Shown here: positions 36,353 to 47,922 of the stretch, one piece after another
Layout of the letters: each line of letters starts with the position of its first letter
Numbering within the stretch: position 1 is the first letter of the stretch
Source of the DNA: Perna viridis
Taxonomy: Eukaryota
Length of the DNA: 64,000 nucleotides
Direction of reading: 5' to 3'
NCBI GenBank assembly: GCA_037379345.1
Contig: CM074515.1
Location: 43,653,743 to 43,717,742 of the forward strand
Notes under the pieces: generated by a model
The model's database searches: none
Seen by the model: only the letters and a program-made list of their open reading frames with translations
What the model was told of the DNA's origin: nothing
Translations under genes and position numbers: made by a program

Positions 36353-38509
36353 CATGATCATTCATTTGTCCATCCCCAGTTGTAATCTGTACAATGTAAC
36401 TCCACTCAAACTCAAACCACTATATCGAATTTGATGAAACTTTCAAACATTCTTCATCACAGGATGCCATTACATGCACTTATTTTGTTCTTCCATCTTA
36501 ATTACAGCATATGAGCTTACTCTCAGTTTTTATACTCTGCCACTGAACGACTTTACACTGTAAGTCCAACCACTGAACATCTGTTACCACACTATAAAAG
36601 TTCTATGTCTGTCCATTCGCCTGTCCCTTCCCCAACAGTTTCATGATAACTTGAGAATGGATCTGTGATTTTTTTTTTAACTTTGCCCAGTTGTAAAGTA
36701 TTTTGAAATACAGGTTAAGTTCAATTTACAGCAAAATCCAAAATGTTGTTTTTGGGTTTGGCCTTTTGAACATTTTGCCATTCCTCTTTTTCAAAGCCCT
36801 ATTTTTCTTATTTTCATTTTGGTCATTTAATATTCTCTTCCCTTTTTTTTTTTGCTGTTGTAGCTTTGTTGCTGTCATTCCCATCTGAAGCTATCATTCC
36901 ACATTACAATTATGAGATATAAAAATCATCTGTCTTTTGAACTATTATCCAAGATGGTATATTTTAGTTTTATAACGATCCTAACCCATTAAAATAGGAA
37001 TAAAAATGCTTTGAAACTGATAGAAAGATTAAATATACATTTATTTCAATAACAACTCTAACACCCCCTTTTTACAATTCCTCTTTGGTTGTGTGTGATA
37101 TTGACCTGTAAAACTGAAAACAGATTTGTAAGTTACAAATCTATTATCTTCAGTACCTAATTAAACTAGTCAGGGAAAGAATTTTTAACATTAACAATGA
37201 ATTAACAGCTGTTTGACCTCTGACCTTTCATTGTGTTGAAGGAAGTTCTTCAGATACAAGATTTGATACTGTTTGATTCAGGAAGACCTTTTCTGTGTGT
37301 GCATTTTCAATTATAATCTGCTGTTAGAAGGTAAAAATATAAAACATTTCAAAGGATCTGTTACTTTGGTCTATTCCATGTTCACATTAGAAATTAATAA
37401 ATTCAAACACACATGGTCATGACCACACATTGTTTTCTTTTTGCATTTGCAAAGGATCCAGAGGATCTGAGGGTGAAACCCCCTCATGCTTGAAATGTTA
37501 GATTGATTTTAGAGAAAAAAAAAACTGGAATTCACATGGTCACCCCTCACCCCCTTATTGGTAGCCCCCCCCCCCCCCTCCCCTCCGACTTTTTGGAATT
37601 TCTGGTTCCACCACCAAATGCTTTGCCCTTTTTTATTTCTAAGTTTTAAAGATGGTCATGCCTTCAGTATATATAATTGTTAATTTGTGTAATTTTATAG
37701 ATATTTGATACTCTGTCTTGCCATTTTTAACTTGCATTGCTGATTTCTCCTTCAAATTGTAAATGCAAGACTGTGGTAATTTTCACTTGTTAACATAATG
37801 GCCGTAACATTTGCCACATTTTGTTTGCACAAAACATCTTTAAAATATTGAGAAAGTAAAATGATTACAAAAAAATTGATGTAGTCTCCAAATTTCTTTC
37901 AGAATTATTTTGTACTAGTAATTGACAGACTTTTAGATCTATTCTTCCAGACACTTGTCAACCTCTTTCTGAATGACTTACTGAGGGCTATCAGAATATC
38001 CCATAAATAACCATAGAATATTGATATCAGTCTTGTTTTTATTGCACACAAGGGGCATATTGATGTCATTTTGATGAGTCTCCCATTATGTTTAAAGTCT
38101 TTTTTTTTCTGAATTAAGTAGAAGGGAACTTAATTCTGTAGTGGTTTCATAGAAAATAAACACAATAAGCTTGAAGCACATGATATACTTTTATTCTCAG
38201 TAAAAAAAAAATGTGTGAGTGTTACTAGTGTGTTTGTAATGGATTGGGAGACTGCCCATGTAAAAATCTGACAGACCCTGTCACATGGTAAATTTTAATC
38301 CCCTGAACTTTTTGTTCCAATGAACAAATATAATGTTTATATCATATGTATGTCAAATAGTAAAAAGATTTTATTAATGTGACAATGGATGCTTGGAAAA
38401 CAATTTTAAAGTTACCTAACAAAACAACAGAATTTTGTGCCAAAATAAAGAGTTATCTCCCCTTTCCAATGAATTTCATGTAAATTTTTTTTCTGTTGCA
38501 CTGCATCAA

Positions 38510-38760
38510 AAACCAACATTTAACTTTGTCAGACGACTCTATGTAAGAGTATTGCCCTTGAGAGGAGAAAAAGTATGTTTTTAGCAGTTTTCAGCCAATA
38601 TCTTGAGAACTATAATAGATTGAATGAAACTTTCAGTTGATGAAATGATCCTTATGATAAATTCTACCAATTACGAATTGTCAGACAACTCCTTGTTAGA
38701 GTTTTTGCCCTTGAAAGGCAAAAATTTAACCAGGTGAGCAATTTAGGGTACCGACTGTTT
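38510..38760 (+). mobile_element. 3' part of a HINE-like element
   Basis: Two related ~160-bp units (TGTCAGAC.ACTC...AGAGT.TTGCCCTTGA) followed by CCAGGTGAGC, the complement of the AGCTCACCTG subterminal repeat. Confidence 0.5.
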
Positions 38761-39229
38761 TCTTTTTCCTACATATGTTGAACTTGAGCCATTTTTTGTC
38801 ATTTTATGTTGTGAACAGTACCCATTTATGTATTATTTTTTTAAAACTTGGCAGTTATTAAATACACATAGAAGATGTGCACCTCTTTTTAAGCTATACT
38901 GGCCACTGTGTAGCCATTCTACATTTAGCAGAACTTATACTTTACTCTAAATAGTAAATGGGTGCTGTTTTAAAAAAAAAAAAAAAAGTCTCTCGTTGAA
39001 CTTTCCTCAAATCCTTGAGTCTGGTTTGTTGAAATGTTAGATGCAGAAGGATTTTAGGAATTTTGTTTATGAAACTGGACTCGGGTGTGAATTTAAGAAA
39101 GAAAAAAATGGAAAAAACAAAAATTTGAATGTCTTGACTTTTAAAGACAATATCCAACCTGAAATCCTGGAACTGGAGCCAGCCATTCAGTTCTAGAAAA
39201 TTAAAACATAATTGAGCTTACAGAGTCAG

Positions 39230-39647
39230 TACAGTCCTTGAACCAATCCATGCAATGATTTGATGGATCCATGACCACTGACTGATTGATTGCTAACAGA
39301 TCAATGACTGGTGACCGATCTGATCGCAGTTTTGTTTTGTGTAATGGCGGATGATCTGATAAAAATAAAACGGATGTAAAAATAAAAGTATAAATTGATG
39401 TTTAAATCTATTGCATTATGTAAATATGTGTGAAATTGACAAAGTTTGTTTGTTTGTTTGTTGGGGTTTAACGTCCGAGCAGCAAAGAAAACAACAGAAA
39501 CCATAAAATATATTGACCGCTCCGTGGTCACGTGATGCGATCACTGGTTTAATGGATGGGTTTGACGGATCGATGACTGATCGGAAACTGATCAGTGATT
39601 GATGACCGATCACAATTTATGTTGCACAGATCGGTTCAGGTTCTGTA
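39230..39647 (+). mobile_element. TA-flanked CpG-rich MITE, copy 2
   Basis: TACAGTCCTTGAACCAATCCATGCAA / TTGCACAGATCGGTTCAGGTTCTGTA. Confidence 0.87.
39445..39482 (-). mobile_element. 38-bp truncated retroposon tail nested in the MITE
   Basis: Reverse complement of CTGCTCGGACGTTAAACCCCAA(CAAA)n, with CAAAG duplicated (39440-39444, 39483-39487). Absent from MITE copy 1. Confidence 0.88.
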
Positions 39648-41956
39648 TATGATTTGCATCATTTGCGATGGCTGATTCACATCTATAACAATAACTGGGC
39701 ATGGTTATGTATCACTGAGACTAATTGTTCACGACTGGCGACATAAGTTCTACTAATACTGGTCCATTATTTAGTTTAATTCCTTTTCCTATACACCTTA
39801 TAGATTTATTTCCATATTTTTGAAAAGTTAAGTTAGTTTGTGTTGCACATTGAATATGCACTATTGATTTGTTATCTAGGCAATGTTTTCTATGAACTAT
39901 CTTTAGATTTACAACAAATATCTGCATTCCCTACCGGCAGCTGTTGATATAATTCTCAATGTTTATTTCAATTTTCTTAAATTTATGGCTATAATTTTTT
40001 CTTTTTTATATATTCTATTGCTTTGTGGAAAAAATGGAAGTCAAATAACACCTTTTTCATAATAAAAGGGAAATCAAATATTTTTTTCTTTGTAAAAATG
40101 ATGTTATTAAATTTATCTAAGATGTAATTTAGTGTTGCAACACTGAGCCTTGCTATGCTAAATATATTTAGGCCTAACAAATAGATGTATGTTTCCTACT
40201 TTTTATCTGGAGGCATTTGCGGAAGAGGATTTTTGCTTCAAAATTCACTGGTACTATTTTATAAAAATCAAAGTCTTGAGACAGAAAGCAAGCTGGAGTA
40301 GTGCAACGTGAGTGGATCCACAGGTATTTCATAAAAAAAAGATTGGTTTTAGGCTATTAGTTTTGCTCTTTTTTGCCATGATTTTACACAAAATATGCAA
40401 GATTTACAAAAGGGGGTGTTGCAACCCCCTTGTGGTCTCAGTATTGCATTAATATTACCATAGACTTCTATAGTCAAGTGCATATATTTAGGATTTATTA
40501 AAAGATATGTAAATTGATTCAGTAAAACTTACACTTAAGGACATGTGAAAAAATAATTTCCCACAAAGAAGGTAGGGTAATTCGACGAAGATCGGACAGA
40601 AAAATTGTCTTGGACTATAAATAGCCATTTTCTCTACTTTCACTTCCACATTTGGTTTGCACTCATCAAACCAACCTTTTCAGTGGAACATTTTTATGTT
40701 ATAATGTTAAATTTTCTTAATAAAAAGTTTGTCATCTTATTGTGCTATGTTTGTTCTATTTAATAAGTCATTGTTCATATCTTTTGACAAAACATTAGTT
40801 TTATACCCTCCAATTTTTGATGTACACCTGCTCAGGGATATGCAATGCAATACTGGTACCTTGTCCCCCTCTCCCTGCATTGGCAACTGCTCTTGCACTT
40901 GTCCCCTATTATCACTCATACATTCTATTCCCTTGGAGTGGTCATTAAACCAACTTCAAGATTAAACAGTGACTCCATTCATCCATAGAAATTTCTCAAA
41001 CAATGTGTCTGCATTTTAGATGGAATACTTTCTCTGTTGCTTTTCTGAACACCTGCTGTGTGATATTATAGGGTTATTGCATAAATACTGGTGAATATTG
41101 TCTTGAGCAGAATATTATATTGCACGATCTTGCAAGTTGTATGTTTTTTTATTGCACTAGTTCAAATATGATGCATGATAAATATATGAAGTAGTGCCAT
41201 ATGAATTTATGAATATTTGATAAATTGTAGTAAAATTGAAAGGAATGTATTTTTTGTTTGTATTATTTGAAAGAAAAATGGAATCACAATAACTGTCACC
41301 TAACACGGAAATATGTTGACCCATATAAAGAGGTCATTGCCATTTTTATAACAACCTGTCAATATCCCGTTCAGCCATTTTTTAGCAGACAACAACAGTG
41401 CAATAAATTTAAAAATGTATTTGGAACATCTCAGAATTTTTCTGGATAGGAATGACAGTTTGCGTGCAAATACCGGAATATATTGCATGCTTTGTTTTCT
41501 ATTGATTTGAATAAGAAAATATTTATTACTATATAATGAATCCCTTTATTTTGAAACAATGAGATACTAATTGATCTGTGAGAATCTTGTTGAATTAATG
41601 GATTCTTTCTTTTATCCATCACTATAATTATCTAATCTTTCCTTTATCCTTTTCACATTATGGTATTGACCAATCCATCAATAATTGATGGTCCACTCTA
41701 TTGTTTTCCTGGTATAAACACCATATAAAAATTAATTGGATTCTGGGGCTTTGGATGATTAAGCTTCCTTTTAGTTCATTTGATCCTAGTCTCTACAGGA
41801 ATGGCCAGCATCTAATATTTTCTCTTCTTTTACAATGTAAGAGAAGAGCTTGATGACCTATACATAATTACAAAACATGTTCTGTCACTTTAGCTGAAGA
41901 ACCTGCTTACCTCCTTGAAATGTCTGCCATACTGTACTAGGATCAGATATAATGCT

Positions 41957-42145
41957 TTACTCACACTTCAGTTAAGCCAGAGATCATGTTTAACTCATAC
42001 TTCAGTCAAGCCAGAGATCATGTTTAACTCATACTTCAGTCAAGCCAGAAATCAGACTTAACTCATACTTCAGTTAAGTCAGAGATTATTCTTAATTCCT
42101 ACTTCAGTTAAACCAGGAATCAGACTCGGGTTGAGCCAGAGATCA
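41957..42145. repeat. 34-bp minisatellite, ~5 copies
   Basis: Unit ACTCATACTTCAGTCAAGCCAGAGATCATGTTTA at 41959, 41993, 42027, 42061 and 42095. Confidence 0.9.
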
Positions 42146-42873
42146 TAATAATTTTCATTATGTTTTTTAGCCATAAAATACTGATAATAGTATTTCTAGT
42201 TATGTGTTGATTTTGACATTTTCATTACATACATGTATCAGACCAGGTTCTTTAGTGCAACTGTATAAATTTAACATGGTATGGAGCCTCAGTTCTAAGT
42301 GAAATTAAGCATTCCATTGGTCTGATCAGGTTCATTATGTGGCTAATCAGTATATTTTATTGTTTTTGGCAGCCTCAATATCAATTTGCTTTGACCAGAG
42401 TAATAAGTTCTCTCATGAGGCAATAAACTTTGGTATAATGAAACCTTCCCTTGGTAAATTGGTCATCTTATTGGTACTTCAGTAAATCTGCCATACATAT
42501 TTACTATCTAGGTACCTTGTTTGGCTTGAAATATGTCCATCAGAATAGCCAATGGATGAAATCATATTGTTTATATTCTTCAGGAAGACAAATAAGGTGT
42601 CATTCCTGACATTTCTGTCTAATGTTGCATTAAAAATTAGGATGGAGTGTTTTGGAGTTGTTGTTCTCTTCCAATTTATATTTCTGCTTCATGGATGATG
42701 TGTCAAGGTCCATTCAGATGCTAGGCATGCCAGTGGAATTAGTCTAAAATAACATTACATGAACACTGTATTCAGTCATATTATCTAGTTCAAGCTAGAA
42801 CTTGTTTTCATTTATGAAATCATGTCATGTGGGGGAATATAGAAATCACCTAAAAGAAGGGACACAACTCTTA

Positions 42874-43183
42874 CATGAAAACTGATTTATTCAACGGGTC
42901 ATAGTTTTCCTTTCCTTGTTTGTCTATCCCGGATTTGACTTTTTATGAGCAACTCGGCGGGTGTTTCTAGAAAAGCAGAGGACACTTACCCTACCGGTGC
43001 ACCTGGCCATGCTCCCAGTTTTTAGTGGAGTCCGATTTGCTTATTTGCTTTTGTTCCTTTGTATGTATGATTTTAGTTACTTTATGTTCTTTGTTGTGTA
43101 TGTCTGTTTTCCATGTCTGGTCTTTGTCCCTGGATTACATTCTTTTGATTACCGCTATAACCTTGGTTCCCTTGATTACTCTT
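42874..43183 (+). mobile_element. Penelope-like 3'-end copy, best preserved; includes the ORF end MKTDLFNGS*
   Basis: Highly similar to 6688-7005, with flanking ACTCTTACA direct repeats at 42867-42875 and 43178-43186. Confidence 0.9.
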
Positions 43184-44584
43184 ACAAATCATTGGAACGT
43201 TTGTATTCAGCATTTGACACCAATCTCATGTAAAAGTAACTCAAAGTAACTTGGATTAATTTCATTCTGTTTCAAATTAAAGCTTGATAGGATTTGGTGA
43301 AATTGAATATGATACAAACTGATTTCAAGAGTTATGTTCCAAACACCCTAGGTCTACCTTCGTAATATGTACCTTGTACAGGCAGTTTTGAAACTGCTTA
43401 ATAAATTTCATTATAACTATGAACATTGGACATCACTTGGTGAGGCTATTACAGTTCAGTATGTCAACTCAATTTGATACAATGATATAGGTAAATTTAA
43501 ATGAGTGTTTGAATGGATTCTTATTCAGCTTCCTGTCTTAAACATGTAAGTATCTAGCCAGTTTGGATCTGACTGCCCCTTCATCCATCTACAATTCTAC
43601 ATGTACATGTACAAGTGTATTATTAAAATAATCATCTGTTACATTGTATATCCTCCTAGATCTCTTTTTTATCTAAACATTGCACAAATATTATACTCAT
43701 GATTGTGAGTACCGTTTTAGATCTTGAAGTTTGAACTTCCTAAGTATTTGAAATATGTGTACAGCATTCTGAAATTTGAAATATTTATATATTATATATA
43801 AGATCAATATTTTTGTAGTTTCAACTCCTTGTAACAATCTTTTTCTGGTACATATTGTAAAGGCTACACTTATACATGTGGATTTATAGAAGTGGGCTTT
43901 AGAATTCAAACACAATTCAATCTGTACTTCTGCGATTCTCCTCCTCAAGTACACGATGCTGAACTCGATCATTTCTTCTTCCAGTACATCAATAGGTCAT
44001 TTAGTGGTTACTAACAGTATAATCCTTCGTATGGATGGAGTCATAGCTTAGCCAGTCTCTAATAGAATCTAATAGCATCAGGTGTGACCAGTAATATAAT
44101 CCCATCATTAACAATGATATATGATATTTTGTTTAGAGTCAGCATGTTTTTCTTGCAGTTTATTAATGATTTTTGTTGTTGTTGATAGTTTTATTTGGTA
44201 ACAAACCTTATGTCGAGCTCAGTTGATCTTGATATAAAAAGAATAGATTGGTGTGAAGTAAGAATATAGCACAGAGAAGTTAAGCTAATTCTAAGTACAG
44301 TCAGCACCTTTTAGCAAATTAGCTTGATGTCTTATTTTAGTTTGTATGCATGGTGAAAATGAAATAAATTCTAAAATTCATGTTCATTTATATAAAATAC
44401 TTTACACTTTATGTTTCTAAATTGCACCTGATTTATATGTCCTTTTCAAATTAGAGATTTTTTCATTATGGAACTATTTTACTGTCTATTTGTGTCCAAT
44501 TATGCCAACACCCACTTTGTTTAACAATATTCAATTCTGTACAGGAAAAACCGTTGAAAAGTGTAAGTTGAAATGAATCAAATT

Positions 44585-45720
44585 TATTATAACCCACCCA
44601 ATGAATGCATGGGTAGTATTTGTAATCAATGTGTCTTTCTGTCTGTCTGTCATGCCATAGCAGTTATCTCAACCCCAATGGATAGATTGATTTCAAATTT
44701 GGTGTGTGGGTTAACTTACACAGATGTGGCATACATTGTAAGTGATCTGTCCATTATCGGTTTCCTTTTTCATGGAAATTTCTCATTTTCATACATTTTT
44801 GCAGTCTCTTAATGGTATTATGCATGTCGTTGTCGGTGGTTTCATCAATAGACATTTGGTTTTCTTGTGATAATGTGAATGTTTGTCGGTTGATCTTTAT
44901 GAAATTTTATAACAAGGTTGTTAAGCACAAATAGAAGGTTGGTATTAATTTTGAGGGTATGGCTGTATTTACCCTTATAGACTTAAGGGCCAAAAAAAGA
45001 GGCTGCAACCAAGCATTTCATAGAATTTAACTATATAACTCTGGTAAAAGAAAAGGAATGTCTGTGATATTGTTCCTCAATAATCTATACCACAATAGTC
45101 CGACTGATACTGATTTTGTGGGTTAAGATTTCAGAAATAAGGTCCAAAAAGGGGGGACAGAAACCTGCATCTTCCTGATGTCCAGATAATAATTGACTAT
45201 CAATGACGTGATCTCTTTGTAATTGTATAAAAAGGTGCTATACCACCAAAAGAAGACTGGAATTTACTGTGGGTTGAGACTTGAATCTTTTTGGAATTTG
45301 GGGCTAAAAGTGAGCCCAGAATCAAGCATTTTCCTTATGTCCAGACAATTAAATGGATCTCATATAAATTTTACCATAAGGTGCCATACGACAGAAGGAA
45401 GTGTGGAATCGTTACTTTGAGTTGAGTTGTGATTTAGCCAAGTAAGAATAATGGGGTGTAAACAACAAGGTGCAATACCTGTAAGGAAGGTTAGAATTGA
45501 TTTGAGGTTTTAACCGGAATTTTGAATAAAGGCCAAAACGTGACCATTTTGATTCTGGTCAAATTTTTATCCTGTGTTAAATATTTCTAATTAGAAATTC
45601 AAAGCTGTACCAACTTTGAACGGTGTGTCCATATTTGTCCCTACTGTTCAGGATTTGACCTCTTGTGGTCATATCAATCTGCACCCTGCATATCATTTTA
45701 TTCACTACTTGGAGTTATAA
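44585..45720 (+). mobile_element. Degenerate HINE-like element(s) with internal tandem units; boundaries approximate
   Basis: TTATAACCCACCCA..TGGGTAGTAT palindrome and (TCTG)n, shared with 56727. Repeated TACCA.AA.AGAAG..TGG.ATT.ATTTTG.GG units. Confidence 0.45.
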
Positions 45721-45854
45721 ATTTTGTCCTAAAATTCTCAGCTTCCACTGATCGGATTGAGTTCAAAATGTGTTGGGAGGGATTTTGGATGATATACCAG
45801 TGGTGTAATTCCTAGCATGACACAATGTGTGCCATTTCATGTTTTAATGCAGTT

Positions 45855-46240
45855 TAATGGCCTAGTTAAGAACAACATTGATTTTAAAGGGTTATGATTT
45901 TTTTAAGATCTTTCAGTCACTGGAACGACATAAGCAGAAAACATAGATAGGTCAGTGTGCTTGTTTTTGAGCTACAAGCATTTGAAATTTTTGCTGGAAA
46001 AGGATTTCTGTAGATTTGCATAGATTTTGTCTTAGTTGGTTATATCTATTAAAAAACTGAAGAAATAACAATGATTTCATTAAAACTTCTCAAATAACAT
46101 TTTAAGGTGTAGTTAATGAAATTATTAAAAGAAAAGTTGGGGTCACTGGGCAAAAACTATTGATGCTTTGAAATGGAGAAAAGCAGAGGAGTCAGAAAAT
46201 CTGACAAAAATGGCTGAACATGGCTAGCGATCAACCTTAA
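45855..46240 (+). mobile_element. TTAA-flanked element, family B copy 2
   Basis: TTTTAAGATCTTTCA, GGTCAGTGTGCT, GGGGTCACTGGGCAA and AATCTGACAAAAATGGCTG are colinear with the 35605 copy. Ends CCTTAA. Confidence 0.75.
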
Positions 46241-47755
46241 TGTATATTTTTGTTGGAGACATGTCAATACAATTAAAGAAAAAAGTAGTTCCACTAATTG
46301 AAGGGTAGAGAAATTAAATTTATTTAAACTATTTTGTGTTTCTATATCAGTCAGGAAAGTTATAATACTGGCAATAATGCCTTGGAAGCTGTGTTCATTT
46401 ATGTTCAGTTTAAAAACCTGACCCATTATCAAAATTGTCATGACTATATTCTTCAAAGGAATGTATACTCTGGGGTGTTACTGTTCCAAATGGCATAAAA
46501 CTTGTGAATTGTCTGATCAATTTTATATTAAGAAATATCAAATAAAATTACATTGTTTTGTTTGCATCCTTGCATCAAAGATCTAATGTTCACTTATATT
46601 TATTAAATATATTATCCATTAGAAGACTGACATCTACAGGAATTGTAACTTGCACATTTGATAGCTGTTTGTTTGATCTGTCTTTCTTAAAGTGTAAGTT
46701 TATTTATACAGATTTTTCTCACCTGAAAAGATAGTGTGCTCCCTTGTTTATCCAAGTGATTACCTCCCTTTGTGAATCACTGCATTCTCTTACAAAACAT
46801 GACAAATAAGATATGTTTACTTGAAAGGTATTAGTAACATAATATAAGTTGAAAGAATTTTGCAAAATTTAATATCTCAAGTAAAACTTAATGCTGTTTT
46901 TGAAGTAAATTGAGAAATCTGTTTGCTAAGAAGTGATTCATTCTGATTTTTGATGGCTAATTGTGACAAACTGTAAATGTCTGGAGGAAATTTTCTTCCA
47001 ATTAAGTCATTCTAAAATGAAACAATTATCTTTACGACCTAATCAAGTGAAAAAGAGCTTTTTTGTTGGAACTAAATTACCATGTCTTTAACAGATCTAG
47101 AAATTCTTTCACTGTGAAGTGTTGATTTGCTGTTATTGGTTATCTGAAATTAGTTTTGATTTAAAATTATTCTCAGTTAAAAATTTGATGTGTCATAAGA
47201 TAGAGGAACAGATGTAACTGCATCAAGATTTGTCACTCTTTGATATTACATTGCTGTCTAGTAAAATAACACAGTCATATGTTAGTTTATTTCTCTGAAT
47301 TTAGAGAATTCTGAAAATGAAACATGGAATGGAGTTATTCACAAGTCGGTTGATTTCACAATCTGCCATGGAACAATTCCAATTGTACAGTATAATTTTC
47401 AGGTCATTTGGATTTTTGATACAAAAGAGGAGCTTGTAGTATAATGATGAAAACTGTCAAGGAGTCCAAATTTACTTTCAAGACTTTGAGGTCCTTGAAT
47501 TCAGTAGTCCACTTGAGAAAAAAAAACAAGTCTCTACTAAAGTGTTACAAAAAAACAAGTACTATCTTTAAAAAAGATAGCCCATGCATATTCTTGCTTT
47601 AATACCCAAAACTGATGGCGATTTCATTTGGTGGACTGTGTGATCACTGTGCTGTTTCGTATTTCAATTATTTTATTGGTTCAACAAGTTAACTTTTCCA
47701 ATTATTAAATTTATAAAAGGTTATTCAATAAATAAAAGTTGAAATATTCTTGACA

Positions 47756-47922
47756 CCAATGCCTCCAATGGAGCCTTTAATTTCACGGTTGCAATCACAG
47801 TTGTCCAATGAAAAGCGAGATTGTAAGCTACAGCGGTTAGGTTGCCATGGTTAAGCATCATGGATGTCACATGATGTCAAACAAACTCAAAAAAGGGTTG
47901 AGTGCCAAAGACTTAGGTAAAT
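47756..47922 (+). promoter_or_regulatory. Candidate intronic promoter/enhancer
   Basis: CCAAT at 47756, 47765 and 47805, X-box-like GTTGCCATGGTTAA at 47841-47854, E-box GTCACATGAT at 47866-47875, forkhead-like TCAAACAAAC, local CpGs and a possible donor AG/GTAAAT at 47917. Confidence 0.35.
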
